Positions 8,500 through 19,502 of a stretch of DNA of 64,000 nt are shown here, piece by piece. This stretch comes from Thermoanaerobaculia bacterium (GTDB lineage Bacteria; Acidobacteriota; Thermoanaerobaculia; UBA5066). The stretch is taken from the NCBI GenBank assembly GCA_963719225.1, contig CAVRAY010000001.1, positions 3,424,001 to 3,488,000 on the forward strand, written 5' to 3'. How positions within the stretch are numbered: the first letter of the stretch is position 1; each line of letters starts with the position of its first letter. Made by a program: the position numbers and the translations under genes. The notes below the pieces were generated by a model. That model worked only from the letters and a program-made list of their open reading frames with translations, did not search any database and was not told the origin of the DNA.

Positions 8500-10686
8500 T
8501 CAGTCGACCCGGATTTCGTACTTGTCATCCTTGCCGAAGATCGTGAACCCGTCGACGAAGATCGTCCAGGTGCCCGGCTGCGGGTTGGTGATCGTGACGA
8601 CCTCCGGGCTGTTCAACGTCGCACCGCTGGTGTTGAGGACGCCGCCGGGAGACCTGACGTACATGTCGAGATCGTTGGTGGGGTAGCTGCTCCAGTCGTT
8701 GTCCCAGGACAGGCTGAACGTGACGGACGCGGTTCCCGCCGGGATATCGACTGTATGCGTGACGAGCTCGCCCTGCGAGATCTTCCCCTTGAAGTCTTTC
8801 TTGGAGAGGGGCGCCGCGACTTCCTCGATCGCGAGGTCGGTCGCGATCTTCCCGGCGTTGGTCCAGTCTCCGTTGACGGTGACGCGCATCACCCCGTTTT
8901 CCGGCCGGTCGAAAACGTAAGATTTCGCGCCGTTGACGAAATCGAAGGCGAGGTAGTCCCCTTCGCCGATCGCGGAGGTCTTGGCGGAGTGGACGGCGAA
9001 GAGGAGGTCGTCGCCGAAGAAGGCGTTCTGCTGTGAGGCCGGGAGCGCCGGCGCCACGTTGAAGAGGGTCACGCGGACTTGAGCCGTGTTCTTGCTGACG
9101 ACGTAGTAGAACTCGCGGCGCTCCGCGGGCCGCAGATCGGGAATGTGCGTGGTGAACGATGAGCTGTTGATCGGCTGAATGCCGGCGCCCTCATGGACAT
9201 TCTGCGTCACCTTCTTCTTGGCGGGACCGGAGTCGGCGATCGGCCCGGGATTCGTGTTCAGAAGCGTTCTCGCCGCAGCCGCGTCGACGTAGCCGTGGCC
9301 CTGGTCGACGGCAGTCGCGGTCGGAATGACTGTCGAGCGCGCGGAACCGACGATCGCGGAGCGGATCTGCGCCGGCGTCGCCGACGGCTTCGCGCTGTAG
9401 AGGAGGGCCGCGACGCCGGATACGGTCGGCGAGGAGAAGGAAGTTCCGGAGACCAGGGAGATCGAGCCGTTGGCGCCCTGGGCGTAGGAGGCGAAGCCGT
9501 TGGCGACGACCTCCGGGTCGATACGGCCGTCCGCGTCGGGACCGCGCGAGCTGAAGTAGGCCATCTGCTGGTTGTCGTCCGGACGATAGAGCGCCCCGAC
9601 ACCGGTCCCGAACTGCACATCTCGCAGGATGCGCTCATGGACGGGGCTCGAGGCCGCGCCCACCGTCAGGATGCCATGCGCCGTGCCGGGACTTCCGACC
9701 GTCGTGCCGCTCGGCCCCGCGTTGCCCGCCGAGACGGCGAGGGTGATACCCGAAGTGGCCATGGAGGTCGCAAGCTCATCCTCGATGTCTCCGCCGGCAA
9801 AGACGGTCGGCCCGCCGAGGCTCATGTTGACGACCTTCATGTTCGGCAGGGTCGAGTTCTTCAGATCGATCGCGCGATCCATGGCCGCCATGATGCGACT
9901 TGTCGGCGCTCCGGCCCCCGACGCCGGGAACACCTTCAGGGCGAAGAATTGCACCGCCGGGGCCTGGCCCACCATCGGGATCCCATCGACAGTCGGACTG
10001 GCCGCGAACGAGCAGGGAGATGAAGCCGCCGGTGTGCAGTAGTTGCGGACGGCGGTCGCGAAAGTGCCGGTGTGGCTGAACCCGAACGCGGCATTCGCGC
10101 CGATCATGCAGGCGACCCAGGTTCCGTGAGCGTCGTTCGTGGAGGCCGTAGCGTCCGGCTCACCCGGGACGAAGCTCTCGCCGCCGAGGACGCGTGTCCC
10201 CGTCGCGCAGGGGCCATTACAGAGAGCCGTCGCCGTGCGAGAGGTGCCCGTGTCGATGACTCCGACCACGACCCCTTGTCCGAGGATTCCCTCCGACAGG
10301 AGCGGCCGGGCGTTTGTCAGATCGCTGTTGTAGGGGAAGTAGTTCGCCGGCGCGGCGCCGGAGCCCAGGTCCGACTGAACGTCACCCGTGACGTCGACGA
10401 CCAGCCTGGGCTTCGGGGCGGGCACCGTCTCATCGCGCACGGTGTAAAGGACCCCGGCGGTCGAGTTCAACGCGTCGACCTTGTTGTCCGGAATGGTCAC
10501 CGCCAGACCGTTTGCGTTCCTGAACTCGTATGTCACGGCCCCGCCGAGGGCGGCAATCTTCTGCTTGACCGCGCCGTACGGTTTCATCGTCCGGACGATG
10601 ACCGCCTGGTCCGCTGCGAGTTCGGCCGCGGTCAAGAGAGCCGCGACACCGAGCAGAAAGGTGGATCGGAGCATTCCTATCCTCAT
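8500..10686 (-). CDS. Secreted S8 (subtilisin) serine peptidase with C-terminal PPC-like domain
   Basis: Signal peptide; triad motifs VIDTG, HGTWVA, GTSFSSP; oxyanion SAGNAG; C-terminal DLDMYV...NSPEVV; GGAGG RBS. Confidence 0.92.
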   Translation of the reverse strand: MRIGMLRSTFLLGVAALLTAAELAADQAVIVRTMKPYGAVKQKIAALGGAVTYEFRNANGLAVTIPDNKVDALNSTAGVLYTVRDETVPAPKPRLVVDVTGDVQSDLGSGAAPANYFPYNSDLTNARPLLSEGILGQGVVVGVIDTGTSRTATALCNGPCATGTRVLGGESFVPGEPDATASTNDAHGTWVACMIGANAAFGFSHTGTFATAVRNYCTPAASSPCSFAASPTVDGIPMVGQAPAVQFFALKVFPASGAGAPTSRIMAAMDRAIDLKNSTLPNMKVVNMSLGGPTVFAGGDIEDELATSMATSGITLAVSAGNAGPSGTTVGSPGTAHGILTVGAASSPVHERILRDVQFGTGVGALYRPDDNQQMAYFSSRGPDADGRIDPEVVANGFASYAQGANGSISLVSGTSFSSPTVSGVAALLYSAKPSATPAQIRSAIVGSARSTVIPTATAVDQGHGYVDAAAARTLLNTNPGPIADSGPAKKKVTQNVHEGAGIQPINSSSFTTHIPDLRPAERREFYYVVSKNTAQVRVTLFNVAPALPASQQNAFFGDDLLFAVHSAKTSAIGEGDYLAFDFVNGAKSYVFDRPENGVMRVTVNGDWTNAGKIATDLAIEEVAAPLSKKDFKGKISQGELVTHTVDIPAGTASVTFSLSWDNDWSSYPTNDLDMYVRSPGGVLNTSGATLNSPEVVTITNPQPGTWTIFVDGFTIFGKDDKYEIRVD

Positions 10687-10847
10687 AGAAAACCTCCTTT
10701 GGCGAATTCCCAGTTGAAAGAATGAGAACGAGACACATTGACTGCTGCGATATATCACGCGCCGGCGGCTCGCTTTGTGCCTTTCTTGGTGGCATTTTTT
10801 CAGTTGCGCGCGACTCCAGAACGTAGCTGGCTGACTCGGGCCCTGGG

Positions 10848-11036
10848 TCATAACCCGGGAGACGCCCGCCGCCCCGCGCGGTACAGGAATGCGCAGACGG
10901 CGAGGATCGCGAGGGCCGTCAGAGCCTCGCCCGACATGCCCGCGACGAGAGGCAGACGGCCCTTCGGCGCGACGCCGAACGCGACGAGCGCCGCGACCAG
11001 GACGCCCGCGAGGCCCTCGCCCGCGACTAGGCCGGC
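10848..11036 (-). pseudogene. Stranded 3' fragment (62 codons) of an OPT transporter gene
   Basis: Reads AGLVAGEGLAGVLVAALVAFGVAPKGRLPLVAGMSGEALTALAILAVCAFLYRAGRRASPGL*; 59 bp (10969-11027) identical to 16253-16311 of the intact OPT gene. Confidence 0.9.
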
Positions 11037-11059
11037 TTTCGGGCCGGCCCCGTTTTCTT
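11030..11059. terminator. Terminator-like hairpin downstream of the large surface-protein gene
   Basis: GGCCGGCT-TTCG-GGCCGGCC followed by CCGTTTTCTT. Confidence 0.65.
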
Positions 11060-11073
11060 GTACGACTGAGAAG

Positions 11074-14000
11074 TCAGGGAGCGAGCGTCATCCCGATGAA
11101 GCTCCCGTCCCCCGTGCCGGCGCCGGGCACGGCGCCGTCGTTGAGGACGCCGTAGGCCACCCAGGGGGCCGTGCCCGCCGTGCGCATCAGTCGCACGTAA
11201 CCGTTCGCGAGGCCGAAGGTCTTCAGAATCGCGTTCACCTGTAACCACTGCCCGGGATAGAGCTGCACCGAGGCGCCCCCAACCTTCGCGCCCGTCGATC
11301 CGTCGAAGACGTCGTAGCGAAGCGAGACCGGACCCAGATTCGATGAGGCGTTGAGCATCGCGAAGTTCGACCGGTTAGCCGCGTTCTGCTGCAGGCCGAA
11401 GACCCACGCCTCGGCCGACGCGGACTCCGCGAGCGTCACGCCGGGATAGGACACGCCGTATCCCCCGCCACCCGCCGCCGGCGTGGAGGTCCGGGACGCC
11501 ACGTACCCGTCGGCCGTGGCCCCACCGGCCGTGAACCGCACGAAGAGCGGCCCGCCGTACGCCGCTCCTTTCGGCCCCACGGATGCTCCGTGGGAGCGGA
11601 GGTAAGCGACGGCGTCCGGAACGAACCGCTGCTCGCCCGGCTTGAGCGTCAACGTCACGAAGCCGGTCGAGTTTCCGACAGGACTCGCGAGCGATTCGAT
11701 GAAATTCAGGGTGACCGTCGCGGTGGCGGTCCCGGGGTTCACGAGCACCAGATCCGTGCCGAAGGCGCCCGTCTCGACGATCGCGGGGACGACGAGAACC
11801 GACGGCGGCCGCGCGGCCAGAACCGCGGCGAGGAATGCCCCGTCGTTCGTGACGTTGTCGTTCGAGATTCCGTACGCGTAGAACGGGTCCGTCCCCGACA
11901 CGCGCTCGACGAGCGCCCAGCCGCTCGAGTATCCGGCCGCGTTGAGGACGGAACCGATCTGGAACCATTGACCCGGTTGCAGGGAGACCGTCTGCGGGAG
12001 GACGAATCGCGCGTCGCCCGCGCCCGATACGAGCGTGACACGCAGATCGATCGGACCGGACGTGCCCGCGTTTTCCAGCGCGAGGTTCGCGCGCTCGGCC
12101 GCCGTCTCGCGCAGCCCATAGACGGCGACGCGGCCGTCGAACAGCTTCTCGGCGGCCGGAGCCGGATAGGAGAGGCCCGCTCGACCGGGACCCGACAGGG
12201 CCGTCGTACGCGCGCCGACGAACACGATCGCTCTTGCGGGCAGGTTCGTGAACGAAGACCGGACGGATCCGCCGCCCGAGGCCGCTGCGGCCAAGGAGGT
12301 GCGCACGGCTCCTTGCTGAGCGAAGAACGCAAGGGCGTCCGGAATCACGATCTGCCTGCCGGGCCCGATTTCCTGGCTCACCGTGGAGCTCGCGCCTCCG
12401 CCAAGCACCTCGGCGGGCGTCAGCGTCAGCTCGACGTGTGCGTTCGAGCCTCCCGGATTGGAGAGGGTCAGCTCCGAGCTGAACTGCGCGCCGCCGCTTC
12501 CGGCGACGCTCACGACGACCGGAACGATCCGGGTCGCGGAGAAGCCCTCGACGGGGATGACGAGGACGCCGGCTTCGGACGGGCAGCCTTGAACGGTCTT
12601 CTGGACCACCCGCAAGGTCGTCGTGCCCGGAAGGCCCGCGGTGAAAAGAACCGAATTCGTTCCCTGGCCCGCCGTCAGGGATCCGTTCTCCACCGTCCAC
12701 GTGAAGACATCGGAACCCGCCGCCGGAACGTTCGCGGTGAGGGAGGAATCCCCCGCCTTGGCTTCGGCGGGACCCGTGATGGACGGAGCCTGCGGCTTCC
12801 GGTCGATCGTGACGTCCGTTCGCCCGGAGACCTGGCAACCCGATCCGACCTTGACGATCACGGAAACGATGGATTGGCCCGAGTCGCCGGGAGTGAACGT
12901 GATGGATGGCGTTCCCTGCCCGCCGTCGATCGTTCCGTTGAGGATCGTCCACGCGTAGCTCGCTCCCGCTCCCGCGTCCGCAACGCTCGCCGTCGCGCCG
13001 GACGTTCCCGCGCACACGTCGAAGGGCGCCGCGACGAGGGCCGCCCTGGGATCGAGCCCGACGACGATCAGGGCGACGCCCGATCCCGGAACCGAGCACG
13101 AGCCGTCCGAGATCGCGTCGATCTTGTAAACCGTGGTCGACGAAGGATTGACGACGCGCGTCAGAGTGGTGGAGCCCGTCCCGGTCTGGACGACGCCGTC
13201 GTTCCACTGGGCGGTGAACGGAAGCGCCGAGGTCACGACCGCCGAGATCGTCACCGCGTCGCCCGAGCAGATCGTGCCTTCCCCGGAGACCAACGCGGAC
13301 GGCGCCTGACGGACGGTGATCGACACGCTGCCGGAAACCGTCCCGGCACAGCCGTTGCCGTCGGCGAGAGACGTCAGCGAGAACGCCGTGTCGGTCGCCA
13401 GGGTGACGACCCGCGTCGCGGGGCTCGTCTGGATCGCCTGGACGAGCCCGTCGGACCACTTCAGGCTCCAGGGGGGCTGTCCGGTCAGGCTGACGGAGAG
13501 GTTCGTGGGCTGGCCCGAGCAGGCTGAAGCGGGACCCGTGAGCGCCGCGGTCGGCGCCGGTCGGATCGGCACCGCGCGCAAGTCCGTCGAGGAGCAGCCG
13601 TTCGAGCCCGTGACCGTCAACGAGAGGTCGACATTTCCGGACGGCCCCGCCGTGAACGTGATCTGCCTCGTGCCGGCGCCGGCCGTGACCGCGCCGTTCC
13701 CGACGTTCCACACGTACGCGGCCCCGGGCCCGGCGTCCGGCGTCGACGCGGTGTTTCCGGTCGCGTTCGGGCAGACCTGTGTGGCCGAAGGCGTGATGAC
13801 TGCGCCCGGCGCCGGCTTCACGACGACGTCCGCGGCGCCGGAAGACGTCCCGGGGCAGCTCGTCGCATCTGTTACGAACGTCACGGAATAGGTCGTCGAG
13901 GTCGCCGGCGTGACGGTCCGCATCAACAGGTTGGATGCGATGCCGGTCTGAATCAGGCCGTCGCTCCAATGCAACGTCCACGGCGCGGTGCCCGTCAAGG

Positions 14001-15998
14001 AGGCCTGGAGCACGGTCGAATCTCCCGCACAGATCACCTGGCTGCCGCTCACCGTCGCGGTCGCGAGCGGCGTCACGGGGATCGTCACAGACCCGCTCTT
14101 ACTGCAGGCATTCAGCGTGACCGTCACGTCGAGCTGGGCAGGCGAGGCCGTGCTGACCGAGAAGACGATGGCGTTCGTGCCTGCGCCCGACGTGATCGTG
14201 CCGTTCGTGATCGTCCAGGCGTACGTCGCGCCCGCTCCCGCGTTCGGAACGGAGGCGGCGAGGCCGGTTGCGTTCTGGCACGAGGCGGCGGGAGCCGCGA
14301 TCGTCGCGGAGGGAACGGGCGTCACGGTGACCGTCGCGCTGCCACTTCCGGTTCCGACGCAGTTCGCGTCGGCGACGGTCGTGACGGAGTACGACGTCGT
14401 GGACGACGGCGAGACCGCCCGCGTGGCCGGACTCGAGCCAATCCCGCTCTGGACGAACCCGTCCTGCCAACTGAGCGTCCAAGGTCCGGTGCCTGTCAGC
14501 GCGGCGGAGAGATTCGTCGAGGCTCCGGCGCAGATCGAGGCCGTGCCGCTGACGGTGGCGGTCGGAACCGTCGAGGCGCACGTATACGTGAACCCGCCTG
14601 CGAGCTTCGCAAACCCGTTGTCCGGGTTCGTCACGGCGACATCCGCCGGACCGACCGCGTGTGCCCCCGTCGTCGCGAGAATCTGCGTGGGGGTGACGGA
14701 CGTGACGTTCGCGGCAGAGTCGCCGATCGTCACCGTGGTGCCCGCCTGGAAGTCCGTCCCCGTGATCGTCACAGGCGTCCCCCCGAGCGAGGGACCCGTC
14801 GGAGGACTGATGCCCGTGATGGTGGGAATCGGCCCGGAGGGGACTGTCAGACGGAAGACCACCCCGAAGCCATACTTCCCGCCGCCAAGAGCTGTGCCGT
14901 AATAGCTTCCGTCCGCGCCCTGCACCAGCCCGGCCTCCGGAACCATGCCGTCGCTTCCCGAGAACACATGAAGAGTCGTCACGTTGCCCGACGTCGTCGC
15001 ACGATAGATGGAACCGAAGCCGATGCCGGTCAAGCCCGTCGTCGTGCCGTAGAGGTAGCCGTCGCTTCCCTCCACGAGCTCTGCATAGGGCCGGTTGTTC
15101 TCGCCCTGAAATGCGTGCAGGTGGGTCAACGCGCCGGATGGAGTGATCCGGAAAATCGTCCCGCCCTGCGCGACCCCGGATGCTCCGACCGTCGTCGTGC
15201 CGTAGAAATTTCCGTCGGACGCCAGTAGGAGTCGGGATGCGGGTGCATATCCCGAGCTCGCATCGAATGAGGCCAGGGTCGTGAAAGATCCTGCCTTCGT
15301 GATCCTGTACACGATCCCGTCGAATCCGCTACCGCCCCCGGTAAAGGTCGTTCCGTAGAGATCCCCCCCGCCGGGGCCGAGAACAGGAGCAGCAGTAGGC
15401 CACTGTCCGACATCGGGCGAAAAAGAGGCGTGGTCAACGCTCCCGCCGGAGTCGTCCTGAAAACGATGCCGACCCCGGAACTACCCTGGTATTGCGTCGT
15501 CCCATAGAAGTACCCGTCGCCTCCGGATACGAGTCCGTCCTGCGGAGAGCCACCGTCCGCGAAGCCGAGAAATGAATGGAGTATGGTCAGCGCCCCCGAG
15601 GGCGTGATGCTGAACACGGTGCCTATGCCCGCGCCGCCCTGCTCGGTCGTGCCATAGAAGTTGCCGTCGCCGCCCTGAAGAAGACGGCCTCGAGGATGCG
15701 CTCCGTCGTGCAAGCCTCCCCCAGCTTGAGACTGGAACGTATGGAGGGTCGTCAGAGAACCCGACGGCGTCATCTGGAATATGGAGCCGAAGAAAACGCT
15801 GCTCCCGGTCTCGCCATACGTCACCCCGTAGAAGTTGCCATCAGTCCCCAGAGTGAGAGTGCTGACGGGGTATCGCCCGTCGTTGCCGCCCGTGAAGTCG
15901 TGGAGGACCGTCAGCACCTGCGCCTCCGATGGGGCCGCGACGAGAACGAGAAGTGTTAGCGCGACGAGCGACATGGACGCGAGAAGCGTGCGGCGCAT
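11074..15998 (-). pseudogene. Large secreted repeat protein (TIGR03803-like repeats, IPT/TIG domain, Cys-containing Ig/PKD-like repeats, duplicated C-terminal domain), frameshifted near 15430
   Basis: ORFs 15126..15998 (signal peptide, DGNFYGTT repeats) and 11074..15312 continue the same repeat family; the downstream frame is open from about 15428 (ASFSPDVGQWPTAAPVLGPGGGDLYGTT). Confidence 0.8.
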
Positions 15999-16143
15999 GG
16001 AACCCCCGTTCTTCCATGGGGTGCGCGAAAGAGACCTGTCACGAACCCTGCAGAAGAGCTTTCTGAGACTTACGGGGAGTGTTGCACTCTTCGACGGGTG
16101 GTGTCCAGTTGGTCAGTTCGAGAACGATTCCGATTCTCGAACG

Positions 16144-18042
16144 CTACGTCCGCTTTCCCGCCCGAACGAGAAACGCGCAGACGGCGAGAAGCACGAGAAG
16201 GGTCAGAGCTTCACCCGGCATGCCCGCGACGAGCGGCGGACGGCCCTTCGGTGCGACGCCGAACGCGACGAGCGCCGCGACCAGGACGCCCGCGAGGCCC
16301 TCGCCCGCGACGAGGCCGGACGCGGCGAGGACGCCGGTGTCGCTGCCTTCCAACGCCTTGTCTCCGCGCGCCCTCTCGACCAGGCGGCGGGCGCATCCGC
16401 CCACGAAGATCGGCGCCATCGACGCGAGCGGCAGGTAGACGCCGATCGCGAACGCGAGGCCCGAGATGCCGCAGAGGATGACGGCGATCGAAAGCCCCGC
16501 TCCCGTGAGGACGAGCCCCCACGGCAGCGCGCCCGAGAGGACGCCTTCGATGATCGTCTTCATGAGCATGGCCTGGGGCGCCGGGATCTCCTTCGTCCCG
16601 AACGTGTACGCGCTGCCGAGGAGAAGCACGGTCGCCGCGACGCCCCAGCACGCGAACGAGGCGCCGATGAGCTGGCCGAGCTGCTGCCGGGCGGGCGTCG
16701 CGCCCACGAGCCAGCCCGTCTTGAGGTCCTGCGAAATGTCGCCCGCTTTCGACGCCGCGATCGCGACGATCGTGCCCACGGTCAGGACGGCCGCGCGCGC
16801 GCTCCCGTCCGTCCAGCCGGCCGCGGCGAAGAGCGAGGCGACCCCGATGAGCGTCACGAGCGTGATGCCCGACGTCGGCTGCGAGGAGACGCCCACGATG
16901 CCGACGATGCGCGCGGCGACCGCGACGAAGAGGACCCCGAAGACGCCGACGCCCGCGGCGCAGACGGCCCTCGGCAGCGGGCCCATGTGGCCCGCGAAGA
17001 TTCCCGGGACGAGCGCGGCCGCGAGAACGACGAGCGCGATGCCCCCGAACACGAAGCCGCCGGGCAGATCGCGGTCCGTGCGCGGGACGGCGCCCGCTTC
17101 ATCGCCTCTCGCGCCCCGCCCCCCGCGGACTCCTCTCACGACGGCCAGGAACGCGCCGGCCATGGTGGGAAAGTTCCGCAGCACCGTGAGGATGCCCGCC
17201 GTGGCGACGGCGCCCGCGCCGATGTAACGCACGTAGCGCGACCAGATCTCCCCCGTCGACATGGCGGAGACCAGCTTGACGGCCTCGGGCGCGAGCGGCG
17301 CCGCGAGTCCCTGCCCGATGAACGCGATGAGCGGGATCAGGACGAGCGACGACACGATCGAGCCGGCGACGAGGACGCCCGACTGCCGGTATCCGAGGAT
17401 GTAGCCGACCGCGAGAAGCGCGGGAGCGAGCTCGACGGCGACCTCGGCCTTCGGCAGGAAAGGCAGCCCCGTGCCGACCTCGGAAGGCATGAGGAAAAGC
17501 AGGGACACGATGATCTTCACGAGGGCGCCCACGGCCATGCCGCGGAAGATCCAGGCGCTGCCGCTCGAGTCCACCGCCGTCGCGCGCAGCACCTCGGCGC
17601 AGGCGGTGCCCTCGGGGTACGGCAGCTCGGCGTGCGCGTCGACGATCAGGAGGCGGCGCAGCGGGATCATCGCGGAGAGGCCGAGAAGCGCTCCGAGGAA
17701 ACAGAGCGCGACGACCTGCAGGTATGGCGGCACCGCGCCCCAGAGGAACAGAGCGGGAATCGTGAAGATCGTGCCCGTCGCGAGCGCCGTCGAGGCAGAG
17801 CCGATGGTCTGCGAGAGGTTCGCCTCGAGAATCGATCCCCTCCTGCGGAGGAGACGGAAGACAGCGACGGTCAGGACCGCGGCCGGAATCGAGGCCGACA
17901 CCGTGAGCCCGACCCTCAGGCCGAGGTACGCGTTCGCGGCGCCGAACACGAGGCCGAGGACGATGCCCGTGACGACGGCCTTCGCCGTGAACTCGGGGAG
18001 AGATGACTCTTCGAGAGCTGAAAAACGCGGCGGCGCGGGCAC
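16144..18042 (-). CDS. OPT family oligopeptide transporter
   Basis: NAYLGLRVGLTVSASIPAAV, LPYPEGTACAEVL, SSQPTSG, AGDISQDLKTG.LVGATP, PAPQA, SGLVAGEG. Confidence 0.95.
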   Translation of the reverse strand: MPAPPRFSALEESSLPEFTAKAVVTGIVLGLVFGAANAYLGLRVGLTVSASIPAAVLTVAVFRLLRRRGSILEANLSQTIGSASTALATGTIFTIPALFLWGAVPPYLQVVALCFLGALLGLSAMIPLRRLLIVDAHAELPYPEGTACAEVLRATAVDSSGSAWIFRGMAVGALVKIIVSLLFLMPSEVGTGLPFLPKAEVAVELAPALLAVGYILGYRQSGVLVAGSIVSSLVLIPLIAFIGQGLAAPLAPEAVKLVSAMSTGEIWSRYVRYIGAGAVATAGILTVLRNFPTMAGAFLAVVRGVRGGRGARGDEAGAVPRTDRDLPGGFVFGGIALVVLAAALVPGIFAGHMGPLPRAVCAAGVGVFGVLFVAVAARIVGIVGVSSQPTSGITLVTLIGVASLFAAAGWTDGSARAAVLTVGTIVAIAASKAGDISQDLKTGWLVGATPARQQLGQLIGASFACWGVAATVLLLGSAYTFGTKEIPAPQAMLMKTIIEGVLSGALPWGLVLTGAGLSIAVILCGISGLAFAIGVYLPLASMAPIFVGGCARRLVERARGDKALEGSDTGVLAASGLVAGEGLAGVLVAALVAFGVAPKGRPPLVAGMPGEALTLLVLLAVCAFLVRAGKRT

Positions 18043-18145
18043 GTTCGGCGGACTCTAGCAGCGACGGCGCGTCAGCCCCAGCCCATCCGTTCCCGAAGCG
18101 ACGTGACGTGCGCGACGTGGTGGCACCCGTGCCACGCGAGGTCGC

Positions 18146-18625
18146 TCATCCTTTCCGTCCCTTCCCGTGAAGCTTCTTCAAGAGCTGGATCTGGCCGGCG
18201 TGGTAGATGTCGTGTGCGGCCACACCCGAGATCACAGCTTCCGAGGTCCTGCGCCCGAGGCGCGCCCCGAAGGCGGCCTCGGGAAGGTTCTCCACGACCG
18301 CCCGCAGCTTCCGGTGCTCGCTCTCGAGAAGCGATTTCGCATCCGCGAGCGTGCGGCCCGTCGGCCGGACCGGCGCTGGAAAGAAGTTCGAGCCCTCGAG
18401 CATGAACGAACCGCGCTTCTCGCCGGTGAGCCGGCGCCGGACCGTGTACTTCCAGTAAGCGGCATGGAGAACGAGGTCGTAGATCGTGTGTCGCTTCGGT
18501 GCGGGCCGAAAGAACGCGACGGCCGGCGTCAGGCCGCGGAGCGAGCTCTTCAGGTTCGGGCCGTGCCAAGACGTCTGGTCGTAACCGCGGTCGAGGGTCG
18601 CGAGGAGATGCGCGCGAAGGTCCAT
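18146..18625 (-). CDS. DinB family protein
   Basis: SWHGPNL, HTIYDLVLHAAYW, AHDIYHAGQI (His triad). Confidence 0.88.
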   Translation of the reverse strand: MDLRAHLLATLDRGYDQTSWHGPNLKSSLRGLTPAVAFFRPAPKRHTIYDLVLHAAYWKYTVRRRLTGEKRGSFMLEGSNFFPAPVRPTGRTLADAKSLLESEHRKLRAVVENLPEAAFGARLGRRTSEAVISGVAAHDIYHAGQIQLLKKLHGKGRKG

Positions 18626-18676
18626 GGTGCTTGGTCTATCTCCGCGCGCCGCTTCTCGCAACCCCCGGAGGCCTCC

Positions 18677-19240
18677 TCATCGCCCAAGCGCAAACGTCTG
18701 GAGCACGTCGTGGCGGGGCGGGCCGGAACCGAGCGTCGACTGAACGAGGAGAAGGCGGTCGACACGAACGCGGCCGAGAGGTCCCACGACGACGGCGCTC
18801 CGGCGCACGGCCGCGGCGACCGCCGACGAACCACGCCGGTTCCGCGCGCGCGCCAGGGTGAGGTGCGGCGAGAACGGCCGAGCGTCGCCGGCGAATCCCC
18901 GGCTCTCGAGCGCGGCCGAGAGCGCCTCCGCGAGAGCGACGAGCGCCTCCCGGCCAGCGCTGCAGCCGACCCAGAGGACCTTCGCAGGACCCCGCGGCGG
19001 AAAGCACCCGACGCCCTCCAGCTCGAGGTCGAAGGGCGCCGCGGCCGCCGCCGCCGCGCCCGCGGCCGCGCGGACCTCCTCCACGCGCTCTTCGGGAAGC
19101 GTGTCGAAGAAGCGAAGCGTCAGGTGGCGCTGCGCCGCAGGCACCCACCGGAGCCCACCTTCGGGAAAGACCACGCCGCGAACGGCGAGGGACGCGTCGA
19201 GCAGGGGATCGTGAATGGAAACGGCGAGAAACGCGCGGAT
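18677..19240 (-). CDS. thpR: RNA 2',3'-cyclic phosphodiesterase (2H family); probable non-canonical ATC start
   Basis: Two HxT motifs (HLTLRF, PHLTLAR), VLWVG; family-like N-terminus IRAFLAV begins at ATC 19240. Confidence 0.85.
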   Translation of the reverse strand: MRAFLAVSIHDPLLDASLAVRGVVFPEGGLRWVPAAQRHLTLRFFDTLPEERVEEVRAAAGAAAAAAAPFDLELEGVGCFPPRGPAKVLWVGCSAGREALVALAEALSAALESRGFAGDARPFSPHLTLARARNRRGSSAVAAAVRRSAVVVGPLGRVRVDRLLLVQSTLGSGPPRHDVLQTFALGR

Positions 19241-19474
19241 CTACGTCCTCTCCTTCTCGTCCTCCGTCTCGTCCTCGTCCGCGTCGGCGAAGAACCACGC
19301 CTTCGCGCAGGCCTTGCTGCAGAACGCCGCGTTTCCCGAGCGGATCGCGCAGTTCCGGCAGAAGGACTTGAAGCAGAACGAGCATTCCTGGATGAACACG
19401 CGCTCGAACATCTGGTCGCATTGCTCGCAGAAGATGTAAGGCGAGTCGTCCTCTTCTCCGTCGCGCCGCTTCAT
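19241..19474 (-). CDS. Small Cys-rich putative zinc-binding protein
   Basis: CEQC, CSFC, CRNC, CSKAC plus acidic tail; TATCAT 6 nt before ATG. Confidence 0.75.
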   Translation of the reverse strand: MKRRDGEEDDSPYIFCEQCDQMFERVFIQECSFCFKSFCRNCAIRSGNAAFCSKACAKAWFFADADEDETEDEKERT

Positions 19475-19502
19475 GCGGGAATGATAAGGCGACAGGGAGA
19501 GA

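Noticed and set aside
10786-10810. Sigma-54 promoter (TGGCAT...TTGC) near the S8 gene
   Set aside because: GG-to-GC spacing is wrong and it is on the strand opposite the gene.
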